Source: Nostoc sp. DedSLP01
GTDB taxonomy: Bacteria; Cyanobacteriota; Cyanobacteriia; Cyanobacteriales; Nostocaceae
Length of the DNA: 64,000 bases
Reading direction: 5' to 3'
Assembly: GCA_034530875.2 (NCBI GenBank)
Contig: JAVRCJ020000020.1
Coordinates: 64,001-128,000, forward strand
Positions within the stretch are counted from its first letter, which is position 1, and each line of letters begins with the position of its first letter. Below the pieces are notes generated by a model. It searched no databases and was not told the origin of the DNA. It saw only the letters and a program-made list of their open reading frames with translations. Both the position numbers and the translations under genes were made by a program. Positions 19,781 through 30,470 of the stretch are shown here, one piece after another.

Positions 19781-20059
19781 TTGCAGATGAACATTGGAAT
19801 AATCGAACCTTACAGTAACGGATTTTTGGAAGTTATACCAGAGGGTGAAGACAGCGACTATTATCAGATTGCAGCTATACATATTAACGGCCAAGCCTAC
19901 TGTCCTACTCCTGGGCTTTATCGTTCAGAAAAAGCGGCATTAGCAAAAGCTGCAAAAATTTATGATTGGTTAGCTGACCACGAACACCAAATCACTAATG
20001 GAGCTTGCTACTGTCCTCAATTGAAACTCATCATCTGGCAGCAGCCAAAAGTGTCTTAG
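19781..20059 (+). CDS. Hypothetical protein, about 90 aa
   Basis: Protein-like composition; probable start ATG at 19787; no family recognised. Confidence 0.6.
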   Translation: MQMNIGIIEPYSNGFLEVIPEGEDSDYYQIAAIHINGQAYCPTPGLYRSEKAALAKAAKIYDWLADHEHQITNGACYCPQLKLIIWQQPKVS

Positions 20060-20060
20060 T

Positions 20061-20192
20061 TAAGGGACATCCAAGAATTAAATTACTCAATTCCTGCATC
20101 AAACACCAGTATCCAAATTCTTCTCTCCCTTGCTCCCGAAGCTCAAGAACTGCTCACCTAAGCGATTGATTATTTTTTTTGGAAGTCTCTTA
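20061..20192. repeat. MITE-like element with imperfect TIRs
   Basis: taagggacatccaagaa ... ttttttggaagtctctta. Confidence 0.45.
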
Positions 20193-20359
20193 AGGCAGGC
20201 TGTTCTTGAGCATGGGTGCTAAAGTTAACCTGTTATTTGCTGTATATATACGATAGCGTACAGACAAAAGCTTGTATGCGTATCTATAATTTACAAAATC
20301 TGACTTCTTTAGCATTATTGCTAAAAAAGCGAATGTATGGAAATTTCATAAGTTTATCG

Positions 20360-20394
20360 AAAGCGCGCTCCCGCTGAAAGCGGGAGCGCGCTTT
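20360..20394. repeat. Perfect 16-bp GC-rich inverted repeat, possible bidirectional terminator or REP
   Basis: aaagcgcgctcccgct-gaa-agcgggagcgcgcttt. Confidence 0.75.
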
Positions 20395-20417
20395 ATTGGT
20401 ACTTCCTCCTTCGCTAA

Positions 20418-20879
20418 ATGACTGTAAAATCAAAGTTTTCATTTACCAAAAAGACTGTGTTAACTAAACAAATGACCAATCAGTATGAGACATTCTTAGA
20501 CGAACAAAAAATAGCAGACCTAGAAATGCTGAAAACAATTGAACATTGTGAACTGTTAAAAAATAAACAGCAACCTGCTCAAGAAAGCTGGTTGTCACAG
20601 GAGCGCGATGAGAACATACTTGAACAAGTGGAAATAAGTGAGGATTTACTAGAACTAATTACTAAAGCTCGAAGTATAGCTGAAGAGTCACGGACTATGG
20701 CTGAACTAGCCCAATTAAAAGCAAAAAAAGCCAGGGCTATGGCTGAACTAGCCCAATTAAAAGCAAAAAAAGCTTGGGCTATGGCTGAACTAGCCCAATT
20801 AAAAGCAAAAAAAGCTTGGGCTATGGCTGAACTAGTTCAATCAGCAATGCCAATTTCTTCATTAAACCGACTCTACTGA
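20418..20879 (+). CDS. Hypothetical coiled-coil protein with 14-aa tandem repeats
   Basis: MAELAQLKAKKA(R/W)A repeated; overlaps the 3' end of the convergent regulator by 18 bp. Confidence 0.55.
   Translation: MTVKSKFSFTKKTVLTKQMTNQYETFLDEQKIADLEMLKTIEHCELLKNKQQPAQESWLSQERDENILEQVEISEDLLELITKARSIAEESRTMAELAQLKAKKARAMAELAQLKAKKAWAMAELAQLKAKKAWAMAELVQSAMPISSLNRLY
20695..20835 (+). repeat. 42-bp tandem repeat, about 3.4 copies
   Basis: Unit starts ctatggctgaactag at 20695, 20737, 20779 and 20821. Confidence 0.95.
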
Positions 20880-21560
20880 AGAAGCACCAAAACGATAACC
20901 TTTGCCGTAAACTGTGTGAATCAGCGTCGATTCTTTACCTACCTCAATTTTACGGCGCAGCAATCGAATTAATGCCGCTATGACGTTACTACTTGGTTGT
21001 TCTTCGTCTGACCACAAAGTTTGCATAATCTGGGCGTGAGTCAGCAGTTGTCCAGTGTGTTCCATAAAGTATTGCAACAGCTGACTTTCTTTTTGGGAAA
21101 GTTCAATTATCCTCCCTTGGCGATAAGCTACTTGATTCTCACAATCAAGTTCTAAATCAGCTACAGTTAGCCGTCCAGTTGTGGTTTCATAAGTAGTTTG
21201 GGAACCAGAACGACGCAACAAAGCCCTAACTCTGGCTAGTAACTCCCGCAGTTCAAAAGGTTTTACTAAATAATCGTCTGCACCAGCGTCTAAACCTTGT
21301 ACGCGGTCATCTAAAGTATCTTTAGCCGTGAGAAACAGTACGGGAGTAGTTTTGCCTTGGCGTCGCAATTCTTGACAAATTTCTAACCCTGTTTTTCCCG
21401 GCAGCATCCAATCTAAAATTAGTAGGTCGTAACTGCCTCGTGCAAGTTCGCTACCGCTAGTACCATCATAAGCGGCATCGACAGTATAACCCTCGCGAGT
21501 TAACAAGCGACTCAAGGGTTGAGCTAGTTCAACTTCATCATCAACTAATAAAATTCTCAT
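20862..21560 (-). CDS. OmpR-family response regulator (RppA-like)
   Basis: MRILLVDDE, LILDWMLPG, GADDYLVKPF and HTVYGKGYRF. Confidence 0.9.
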   Translation of the reverse strand: MRILLVDDEVELAQPLSRLLTREGYTVDAAYDGTSGSELARGSYDLLILDWMLPGKTGLEICQELRRQGKTTPVLFLTAKDTLDDRVQGLDAGADDYLVKPFELRELLARVRALLRRSGSQTTYETTTGRLTVADLELDCENQVAYRQGRIIELSQKESQLLQYFMEHTGQLLTHAQIMQTLWSDEEQPSSNVIAALIRLLRRKIEVGKESTLIHTVYGKGYRFGASSVESV

Positions 21561-21634
21561 GCTGCTTGTGGTAAGCATATAGAGATATTCTCAATAATAT
21601 TGAACCGCAAAGACGCAGGATACTAAGAAAAATA

Positions 21635-22279
21635 ATGCTGACTGTTGCATTACCAAAAGGGGAACTTCTTAAACATAGCATCCGGTTGCTACAAGCTGTC
21701 GGGTTAGATTTTAGTGCTTTTTTAGATTCAGGAACTCGCCAACTTCAAATACCTGACGCTAAGGGGCAAGCAAAAGCGCTATTAGTACGGGCGCAGGATG
21801 TACCTGTTTATGTAGAATATGGTCAGGCACAACTGGGTGTTGTCGGTTACGATGTGCTACGGGAAAAACAGCCGCAAGTCGCGCACTTGGTGGATTTAAA
21901 GTTTGGATATTGTCGCATGTCGGTGGCGGTAAAAGCATCGAGTTCTTACCGATCGCCCCTAGATTTACCGCTTTATGGTAGAGTTGCCTCTAAATATGTT
22001 AATTGCGCTCGTGAATATTTCCACAGTCTCGATTTACCCGTGGAAATTGTGCCATTGTATGGTTCAGTGGAACTAGGGCCGATTACTGGTATGTCAGAAG
22101 CGATCGTCGATTTAGTTTCCACAGGACGGACTTTACGCGAAAACGGTTTGATTGAAATTGCTACCCTCTATGAAAGTACAGCACGCTTAATTGCCCATCC
22201 CCTGAGTTACCGTCTAAACACTGGTAATTTGAGCGATGTAATTAGCAAGCTGCGAGAAGCTGTTTTATTAGGCGTTTAA
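21635..22279 (+). CDS. hisG: ATP phosphoribosyltransferase, short form
   Basis: [28 protein letters not shown] and [16 protein letters not shown]. Confidence 0.96.
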   Translation: MLTVALPKGELLKHSIRLLQAVGLDFSAFLDSGTRQLQIPDAKGQAKALLVRAQDVPVYVEYGQAQLGVVGYDVLREKQPQVAHLVDLKFGYCRMSVAVKASSSYRSPLDLPLYGRVASKYVNCAREYFHSLDLPVEIVPLYGSVELGPITGMSEAIVDLVSTGRTLRENGLIEIATLYESTARLIAHPLSYRLNTGNLSDVISKLREAVLLGV

Positions 22280-22429
22280 TAGTCATTGGTCATTAGTCAT
22301 TAGCAAACAAAAAATAACTAATTACAAAGGACAAAATTCTGAATTTTTGGTGCGTTAGGAATAACATCTATAACGCACCAAAACAGATTCTATTTCAACT
22401 TCTTTCCTTGTCCTCTTGCCAATCTAGTA

Positions 22430-23125
22430 TTAGCGTTTTATAGCTTCAAAAAGATAATACACTATTGATTCGTCTTTAGTGCTAAAAAATGTATCAACTC
22501 TAAACGAATCAAAATACTGATTATATCTGTCATAAACTTCCTGAACGCTGTTAAAGTGGCGGACATGGGATTTCATGGGAAAATTTGGGACGCTTCCATA
22601 AAAGCGTGTACCCTGACGAATCTTTTTAATTACTTCAAGATCCCCTTCAACGTGTTCTAAAAATTCAGTAGAAACTACTGCATCATAATCATAGGTATAG
22701 AACAGATCGGTTTCAAAAGCATCGGCTACAACAAAATTAAATTCAGGGCAAGCTTTCTTGGCAGTAGCAACGAAGTTAGGGCTAAAATCAAAACCTAAAT
22801 ATTTATTAATCCCTTTATCCCGCATTAAAGTCGCTAATTGCCCACCTCCACATCCGATCTCGAGCAGGGATTTTACATTTGCCCGCTGTATGCGGTCAAC
22901 TATAACTGACCATAACGGGTAATATTCAGTTTTTGAGTAGTGAATGCGCCAATTATCAAGTTCAAGGCATCTTCGATCGTAGTAATCAGAAGTACGCTCA
23001 AAACCTTTTTCATCCTTAACAATTTGTTTGTCTCTAACGATTTGAGAATTAGTAAAAGACTTAGCCAACCGAAGTACAACAGGTGGTAAAAGTTCTTTAG
23101 CTACTGTCTTTGCTGTTCCGATCAT
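22430..23125 (-). CDS. Class I SAM-dependent methyltransferase
   Basis: LLEIGCGGG, YLGFDFS and EFLEHV motifs. Confidence 0.85.
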   Translation of the reverse strand: MIGTAKTVAKELLPPVVLRLAKSFTNSQIVRDKQIVKDEKGFERTSDYYDRRCLELDNWRIHYSKTEYYPLWSVIVDRIQRANVKSLLEIGCGGGQLATLMRDKGINKYLGFDFSPNFVATAKKACPEFNFVVADAFETDLFYTYDYDAVVSTEFLEHVEGDLEVIKKIRQGTRFYGSVPNFPMKSHVRHFNSVQEVYDRYNQYFDSFRVDTFFSTKDESIVYYLFEAIKR

Positions 23126-23939
23126 TGTTATGTTTTTAAGATTTATTTTCTAATGATTGCGAAAACTTTACTTTGTGTATTTGCAGCTGGCGGCAATGCT
23201 AGCTCTAAACTTTTGTATTTAGAGCTTCTTGACTTTATTAAATCTTTCTCAAATCTCTAACATTTGAGAAATTACTCAGAAAAATCAACTTTTGAATTTC
23301 TGTCTTTCAATCTTATTTAGAGAATTTAGAATGATATTTGCTATTTGTTTGATTTTATAATATAAAATTTAGGTAAAACACAAGCCTAAATAACCAATTT
23401 TTATAAAAATTTTAATTATTTACTGAAAAATAAATTAAGTTATCACAGCGCTACTACTTAAATTTAAAGTTTTAGCAAAGTTAATATAAATTAATATATA
23501 AAATTATTTATATAGTAACAAGAGTTTAGAGATTAGGCACTTGCCAGGAATCAAATCCCCAAGCGTATCAATAATATTTTTGACAAAATCGATGAGGGGG
23601 CATTTAACCCCGTTATATCATGTCCGGCAATTCCCGATCGCGGCTACACTAGAACAGTGTAGTGCGAGTACCCTTGTGCATTCCTAGATGGCTTTTTTAA
23701 ATCTGAGTGTAGTAAAATAGCGCCAAGTTCCCTTGGCGGGGAAAAGGCTTTTCCCAGCGCTAAAGACAGCAATTTTGGCTTGGCAAGCTAGTAGCTTTTA
23801 AAAACAAAGTCATCTGTCTTGTTCTCAAACTTTCTTGATAATCCAGAAGCAGAACTAATATTAAAAGACGTTAATCTATTTTTTGAGGTAGTTGCTCTGC
23901 CTAATGGATATCATATTTAAAAAATATTAAATAAAGTTA

Positions 23940-26573
23940 ATGAACGCGGAAGATATGATGAAAGAACAGGCGAGGCTAGAAGCCTTGCGGCTTTATCAAA
24001 TACTGGATACCGAACCTGAAGAAGCTTACGACAATCTTGCTCAGTTAGCGGCATTTATTTGCGACACTTCCATATCTTTGGTAAATTTTATCGATGAAAA
24101 CCGCCAATGGTTTAAGGCAAAAGTAGGTTTAGATGTATCGGAAATGCCCCGCACTGTTGGGCTATCTTACCTTTGCCAAGAACGGCGTAGTCTTGTTGTA
24201 ATTCCAGACACCCTAGCCGATGAAAATTTGGCAAACAATCCGGTAGTAGTTGGCTATCCATATATACGATTTTATGCAGGTGTACCTCTGATCGCTCCCA
24301 AGGGAGATATGCTAGGAACTTTGTGCGTAATCGACCAAGTTCCTAAAAAATTGAACGAAAAACAAATGCAGGCGCTTGTGGCTCTGAGTCGTCTAGTAAT
24401 TGACCAACTAGAACTAAGGCGTAATGTTGCTGAGGTATCTCAAATTACCGAAAAACTCATGGCGCACGAGCAAGCAGCACGCACGGAATCGGAAGCAGCC
24501 ACAACCCGCATCGCAAATATTCTGGAAAGTATTACTGATGCCTTTTTTGCCTTGGATAAAAAATGGCTATTTACTTATGTTAACGGTCAAGCAGAACAGC
24601 TGTTGCAAAAAACCCAGAATCAGCTTTTGGGTAAAAATCTCTGGGAAGTTTTTCCCGCAAGCATCGGCACAGCATTTGAAACGCAGTATCGCAAGGCGAT
24701 GTCAGAACAGGTGAGCGTAGAATTTGAGGAGTTTTATCCACCCCTCAATCGCTGGTTTCAAGTCCACGCCTATCCAGGAAAAGACGGGTTATCTGTTTAT
24801 TTTCAAGACATTACTGAAAAACGCCAAACGGCACAAGCACTTAGGGAAAGTGAAGAACGTTGGCAATTAGCGTTACAGGGTAATAATGATGGGATTTGGG
24901 ATTGGAACCTCAAGACTAATAAAGTGTTCTTCTCAACTCGGTGGAAGCAAATGCTGGGGTATGAAGACCGCGAAGTTTGCAATAGTTGGGAGGAATGGAC
25001 GCAACTAATCCATCCTGATGAGCGAGATTTGGTACTTCAGAATTTCCAGGATCACTTTGCCAAGAAAACACCATTTTATGTCTGTGAGTATCGAGTCCAA
25101 TGCCGAGACGGCAGCTATAAATGGATTCTGGATCGAGGACAGGCACTTTGGGACGCATTAGGGAATGTGGTGCGAATGGTTGGTTCTTATACAGATATCA
25201 CAGATCGCAAGCGAACAGAAGAGGAATTACAGCGGCAGAGTGTGCGATCGCAATTATTTTCTGAAATTACTCTCAAAATTCGAGACTCTTTACAAATCGA
25301 CGAAATTCTCCAAACCACCGTTAATGAAGTCCAAAAACTCTTGCAAGCTGACCGAGCTTTAATATTTCAAATTTTGCCTGACGGTTCGGGAACGGTAGTA
25401 CAAGAAGCCGTACTACCTGGCTGGCCTGTAACTTGGAAAAAAAATCTGATCGATAACTGTTTTAAAGAAGAATTTTTAGACAAATATCGTCACGGGAGAA
25501 TCGGTGCAATTGAAGACATTCAAACTGCGAGTATTCAACCTTGTCATCGAGAATTTCTAGAGCAGTTTGCTGTCAAGGCTAACCTTGTAGTGCCAATTAT
25601 GGTCAGAGATGATATTTGGGGCTTACTGCTGGCTCACCAATGTAGCGGGCCGCGCAAGTGGAATACCTTTGAGATAGAACTTTTACAGCAACTAGGTAAC
25701 CAAATTGGCATTGCTTTATCTCAAGCGCAACTACTAGAACAGCAAACCCGCCAAAGTCAAGAACTCTCTCGTTCCAATGCCGAATTAGAACAATTTGCCT
25801 ACGTAGCTTCCCATGACTTGCAAGAGCCATTGCGGATGGTAACCAGTTATTTACAATTGCTGGAGCGAAGATACAAAAATCAACTCGATAATAGCGCCGA
25901 TCAGTTTATCAACTACGCTGTAGATGGCGCACGCCGGATGCAGATTTTGATCAATGATTTATTGAACTATTCCCGCCTCAGCACTCGCGGGCAACCGTTT
26001 GTACGTTTTGATTGTAATATTGTTTTAAAGCAAGCGATTGCCAATCTCCAAGTAGCGATCGCAGATAGTAATGCAATTATTACCTTTGATACTTTACCTG
26101 AAGTGATAGGTGATGCTACCCAATTAACACAAGTATTTCAAAACCTCATCGCTAACGCCATCAAATTCTGCCAAAATCAGCAGCCGCGAATTGACATTGG
26201 AGTAGGGAGTAGGGAGTGGGGAGTAGGGAGTAGGACAGATGAGAAAGTAGGGAAAGATGAGGGAGATAAGGGAGAAAATACTTCTTTATCTTCCTCATCC
26301 CCCCCACTCCCCACTCCCCACTCCCCACTCCCCACTCCCAACGAATATCTTTTCTGGGTACGCGATAATGGTATTGGTATAGAACCCCAGTATGCCGAGC
26401 GTATTTTTGTAATTTTTCAGCGCTTGCACGGTAGAGATAAATATCCGGGTACTGGTATCGGTTTGGCAATTTGTAAGAAGATTATAGAACGCCACGATGG
26501 CCGTATCTGGGTTGAGTCGAAACCGGGTCAAGGCTCGACTTTCTACTTCACAATTCCAGATAAAAACTCTTAA
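23940..26573 (+). CDS. Cyanobacteriochrome-containing histidine kinase (GAF, PAS, PAS, CBCR GAF, HisKA, HATPase)
   Basis: Second GAF has DNCF and PCH; ASHDLQEPLR H-box of the Cph1-like class; GTGIGLAIC. Confidence 0.9.
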   Translation: MNAEDMMKEQARLEALRLYQILDTEPEEAYDNLAQLAAFICDTSISLVNFIDENRQWFKAKVGLDVSEMPRTVGLSYLCQERRSLVVIPDTLADENLANNPVVVGYPYIRFYAGVPLIAPKGDMLGTLCVIDQVPKKLNEKQMQALVALSRLVIDQLELRRNVAEVSQITEKLMAHEQAARTESEAATTRIANILESITDAFFALDKKWLFTYVNGQAEQLLQKTQNQLLGKNLWEVFPASIGTAFETQYRKAMSEQVSVEFEEFYPPLNRWFQVHAYPGKDGLSVYFQDITEKRQTAQALRESEERWQLALQGNNDGIWDWNLKTNKVFFSTRWKQMLGYEDREVCNSWEEWTQLIHPDERDLVLQNFQDHFAKKTPFYVCEYRVQCRDGSYKWILDRGQALWDALGNVVRMVGSYTDITDRKRTEEELQRQSVRSQLFSEITLKIRDSLQIDEILQTTVNEVQKLLQADRALIFQILPDGSGTVVQEAVLPGWPVTWKKNLIDNCFKEEFLDKYRHGRIGAIEDIQTASIQPCHREFLEQFAVKANLVVPIMVRDDIWGLLLAHQCSGPRKWNTFEIELLQQLGNQIGIALSQAQLLEQQTRQSQELSRSNAELEQFAYVASHDLQEPLRMVTSYLQLLERRYKNQLDNSADQFINYAVDGARRMQILINDLLNYSRLSTRGQPFVRFDCNIVLKQAIANLQVAIADSNAIITFDTLPEVIGDATQLTQVFQNLIANAIKFCQNQQPRIDIGVGSREWGVGSRTDEKVGKDEGDKGENTSLSSSSPPLPTPHSPLPTPNEYLFWVRDNGIGIEPQYAERIFVIFQRLHGRDKYPGTGIGLAICKKIIERHDGRIWVESKPGQGSTFYFTIPDKNS

Positions 26574-26585
26574 GCGATCGTAAAC

Positions 26586-27023
26586 ATGCAAGCGATTATG
26601 CCTATTGAGGTTTTGTTAGTAGAGGACAATCCAGGCGATGCCCAACTTACGCGCATCGCCTTGGAAGATAGCAAAATCTCGATTCACCTGAACGTCGTAG
26701 AAGATGGTGTCGAAGCAATGGCATTCTTACGAAAACAAGAAAAATATGTCAAAGCAGCCCATCCAGATATTGTGCTGCTCGATTTGAATCTTCCTAAAAA
26801 AGATGGACGAGAAGTATTGGCAGAAATTAAAGCAGATGAATACCTCAAGCGAATTCCTGTGGTGGTTTTGACCACTTCCCAAGCCGAAGAGGACATCCTC
26901 AGAGCCTATAATCTTTCGGCAAACTGTTACATAACTAAGCCAGTAGATTTCGATCAATTCGTTAAAATTGTAAAATCAATCGAAAATTTTTGGTTTGCGA
27001 TTGTAAAACTGCCACCGGAGTAA
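26586..27023 (+). CDS. Single-domain response regulator, Rcp1-like
   Basis: [24 protein letters not shown] and [11 protein letters not shown]. Confidence 0.92.
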   Translation: MQAIMPIEVLLVEDNPGDAQLTRIALEDSKISIHLNVVEDGVEAMAFLRKQEKYVKAAHPDIVLLDLNLPKKDGREVLAEIKADEYLKRIPVVVLTTSQAEEDILRAYNLSANCYITKPVDFDQFVKIVKSIENFWFAIVKLPPE

Positions 27024-29308
27024 TGGCAATGGCAGGTAAAAATATAAAAGTTTTATTAGTGGAAGACAACCCTGGTGATATTTTTTTATTACAGGAGTTT
27101 TTAAAGGAAGTAAACACAGTTGTAGTTGAATTGATGCCCGTTGAGGCGCTTTCCAAAGCACTCAACCACCTAGAAAATGAAATTTTTGATGTCATTCTCT
27201 TAGATCTTTCCTTGCCAGATAGTGAGGGACTAGAAACCTTTGTCACTGCTCACCAAAGCGCAAAATCAACTCCAATCATTGTGCTAACGGGTATAAACGA
27301 TGAAACCTTGGCAACTAAAGCAATGCAGGAAGGAGCGCAAGATTATTTAGTCAAAGGGCAAGTAACTGGCGATTTGCTGGTACGTTCCATGCGTTATGCG
27401 ATCGAACGTCAACAGGCAGACAACGCACTGCGACAGAGTGAAGAACGATTTCGCGTAGCTTTGAAAAACTCTCCGATTTTTGTCTACAACCAAGATAAGG
27501 AGTTACGGTACACTTGGGTTTACAATCCTTGCTATGGATTGAGCGTCGAGCAAATATTGGGCACAAAAGACTTCGATATTATGTGTGACGAAGATGCTCA
27601 ACGCCTGACGAATATCAAACTTAAGGTACTAAACACTGGCATAGGCACAAGAGAAAAAATATCAATTACAATCAAAGACATAACTCGATATTACGATTTG
27701 ACAGTTGAGCCATTGCGGAACGAATCGCAAGAAGTTGTCGGGGTGACTTGCGCCAGTATCGATATCAGCGAACAACAAGCTGCATTGCGCGAACACAAAT
27801 TAGCCCAAGAAAAAATCAAAGAACAAGCAGCATTGCTCGATGTCACCACAGATGCTATTTTCGTCCGAGATTTAAACAATCAAATTGTCTTCTGGAACAA
27901 AGGTGCAGAAACACTTTACGGTTGGCGAGCTACAGAGGCTGTGGGAAAAAGCGTCAGCGAACTTTTATTTGACGAACCTTCGCCGGAAATCGAAGCGGCT
28001 CTTTTAGAAGTGATTAGTCAAGGTCAGTGGCAAGGCGAGTTAACTAAAATTACCAAAACTAACAAGGAAGTCCTTGTTGCTAGCCGTTGGAGTTTGGTAT
28101 CTGATGAAGAGGGAAAACCTAAATCAATTCTGAGCGTTGACACAGATATTACAGAGAAAAAACATTTAGAAGCCCAATTGTTTCGCGCTCAACGTTTGGA
28201 AAGCATTGGCACCTTAGCTAGTGGCATTGCTCACGACCTCAACAATATTCTGACGCCGATTTTGGCAGGAGCGCAACTATTACCATTGAAATTTCCCGAT
28301 GCAGACGAACGAACTCGCCATTTACTAGAAATTGTGGAAATCAACGCCAGACGCGGAGCTGATTTAGTCAAACAGGTGCTATCTTTTGCGCGGGGTGTGG
28401 AAGGAAAACACATCAATTTGCAACTCAGGCATTTAATTATGGAGGTTGCCAAAATTCTCAAAGAGACATTTCCCAAATCCATAGAAATTAGCACTGATGT
28501 ACTACAGGATTTATGGATGGTTTCTGGAGATAGTACCCAACTCCATCAAGTACTAATGAACCTCTGCGTTAATGCTCGCGATGCTATGCCCAATGGCGGT
28601 AGTTTGATAATTTCTGGGGAAAATCTATTTATTGACGAAAATTATGCGCGGATGAATCTGGAAGCCAAGGTGGGAGCTTATACAGTGATTACTGTCTCGG
28701 ATACTGGAGTTGGGATTCCGCGAGAAATGTTAGATAGAATTTTTGAGCCATTTTTTACCACAAAAAATCTCGGGCAAGGCACAGGTTTAGGACTTTCGAC
28801 GGTACTGGGAATCATCAAAAGCCACGGAGGTTTCGTGAATGTGTACAGCGAACCCGGAAGTGGTACTAGCTTTAAAGTTTACTTGCCAGCTGTAGAAGGT
28901 ATGGAAACACTTACCTTGGCAGATTCGATACCACAAACAGGACATGGAGAGTTGATTTTACTTGTGGATGACGAGCCAGCCATTCAGGAGATTACTAAAT
29001 CATCGCTGGAAACTTACAACTACAAAACCTTAATTGCCAGCGATGGCATTGAAGCGATCGCACTGTACGCTAAAAATGCCAGCAAAATTAGTGCTGTATT
29101 AATCGATATCATGCTGCCTTCTCTGGATGGTTTAACTGCTATTCGTACCTTGAAAAAAATCAACCCAGAAGTCAAAGTTATTGCTAGCAGTGGATTAATG
29201 TCTGAAAGTAAGCTTAGTGCAGTAGCAAACATTGGTGTCACTACATTTTTGCCAAAACCTTATACTGTCAACGAATTATTACTTTCTTTACAAAAAGTGC
29301 TTTCCTAA
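27023..29308 (+). CDS. Hybrid histidine kinase (REC, PAS, PAS, HisKA, HATPase, REC)
   Basis: TAATG coupling to the upstream gene; IAHDLNNIL H-box; GTGLGL; terminal receiver domains. Confidence 0.92.
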   Translation: MAMAGKNIKVLLVEDNPGDIFLLQEFLKEVNTVVVELMPVEALSKALNHLENEIFDVILLDLSLPDSEGLETFVTAHQSAKSTPIIVLTGINDETLATKAMQEGAQDYLVKGQVTGDLLVRSMRYAIERQQADNALRQSEERFRVALKNSPIFVYNQDKELRYTWVYNPCYGLSVEQILGTKDFDIMCDEDAQRLTNIKLKVLNTGIGTREKISITIKDITRYYDLTVEPLRNESQEVVGVTCASIDISEQQAALREHKLAQEKIKEQAALLDVTTDAIFVRDLNNQIVFWNKGAETLYGWRATEAVGKSVSELLFDEPSPEIEAALLEVISQGQWQGELTKITKTNKEVLVASRWSLVSDEEGKPKSILSVDTDITEKKHLEAQLFRAQRLESIGTLASGIAHDLNNILTPILAGAQLLPLKFPDADERTRHLLEIVEINARRGADLVKQVLSFARGVEGKHINLQLRHLIMEVAKILKETFPKSIEISTDVLQDLWMVSGDSTQLHQVLMNLCVNARDAMPNGGSLIISGENLFIDENYARMNLEAKVGAYTVITVSDTGVGIPREMLDRIFEPFFTTKNLGQGTGLGLSTVLGIIKSHGGFVNVYSEPGSGTSFKVYLPAVEGMETLTLADSIPQTGHGELILLVDDEPAIQEITKSSLETYNYKTLIASDGIEAIALYAKNASKISAVLIDIMLPSLDGLTAIRTLKKINPEVKVIASSGLMSESKLSAVANIGVTTFLPKPYTVNELLLSLQKVLS

Positions 29309-29465
29309 GTAAAAGAAGTTAAAACGTAAAAGGCAAAATATTTTTTATACCAGTTGAACCATAGTTAACAACATCAACTGACTGTAAAACACAGATAGCA
29401 ACGGGCTTTAAGACCTGTTGGTATTGCTATTGCCTGTTACTTACTATAGCTTTTGACTTTTTAAT

Positions 29466-30377
29466 ATGCCTAAGTTTTTCAAGTTAATCATCAATATAGT
29501 AGCCTTAGCCATATTCTTACTTGTATCTCACCAAGTTTGGGCGCAAGAATGGCGTCCAGTTCGCGGCGGTATTTCTTTTGGTATCAGCGGTATGACGTTG
29601 ATAAAGCAGCAAAGTAATTCTTTAGATTTTCTGATTGTTCATGATAATAAAAAACCCAATCAAAGCCGTTTGGCAATTATTAGTGTTAAAGGCAAAAACC
29701 AACCCGAATATTTTCCTTTAAGTTGGGCGAATCAAACAGAATTGCCAAGTGATTTGGAGGCAATAACAAATATTCCTCAAGATAAAAATTCGGATTTTAT
29801 TGCTTTAAGTAGTACAGGTAAGGTTTATTATTTCAAGTTAGATATTAAGACAAAAAATATTTCTATAGTGAAAGAGTTTGAACTACCAGAAATTACGTCA
29901 AAAACTAATTTAGAAGCATTTGGCTTACAATATATAGATGGTAAATTAATTGCTATATGGGCCGATCGCGGAGAAGGAAAAACAGCAGCAACCATTTATT
30001 TTGGAGAATTTAACCCCAAAACTTATCAAATTAAACTCTCAGGTTATAGTAACTTTAAAGTGCCATTTCCCTCTGGCAATGTCCGGCATATTTCCGATCT
30101 AAAAGTAGACTCATTGGGAATTGTTTACGTTACATCAGCCAGCGATCCTGGTGATGACGGCCCATTTGAATCAGCTGTGTATATTGCTGGTTACTTGAAA
30201 TTGTGCGGTAATAATATAATTTGGCGATCGCATCCTCAACTCGTTCCCCTTTATCGCTCTTATTATCACAAAATTGAAGCGATAGAACTGATTCCAGGTG
30301 TAGAAGGCGGTGTGATTGTCGGTACGGATGACGAAAATCTCGGTTCCTATATATATATTGTGGGCGGAAATAACTGA
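29466..30377 (+). CDS. Secreted hypothetical protein, possibly beta-propeller
   Basis: Signal peptide ending VWA-Q; recurring DLEAI/NLEAF/KIEAI and HDNK/TDDE acidic motifs. Confidence 0.65.
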   Translation: MPKFFKLIINIVALAIFLLVSHQVWAQEWRPVRGGISFGISGMTLIKQQSNSLDFLIVHDNKKPNQSRLAIISVKGKNQPEYFPLSWANQTELPSDLEAITNIPQDKNSDFIALSSTGKVYYFKLDIKTKNISIVKEFELPEITSKTNLEAFGLQYIDGKLIAIWADRGEGKTAATIYFGEFNPKTYQIKLSGYSNFKVPFPSGNVRHISDLKVDSLGIVYVTSASDPGDDGPFESAVYIAGYLKLCGNNIIWRSHPQLVPLYRSYYHKIEAIELIPGVEGGVIVGTDDENLGSYIYIVGGNN

Positions 30378-30470
30378 TACCAATTCACTTTCCCCCTTAC
30401 CCTTTTCCCGACTTCTGCAAGAAGTCTATTGATTAGGTAGAAAAATATAGCTGCTGGGATTCAATTAAAT

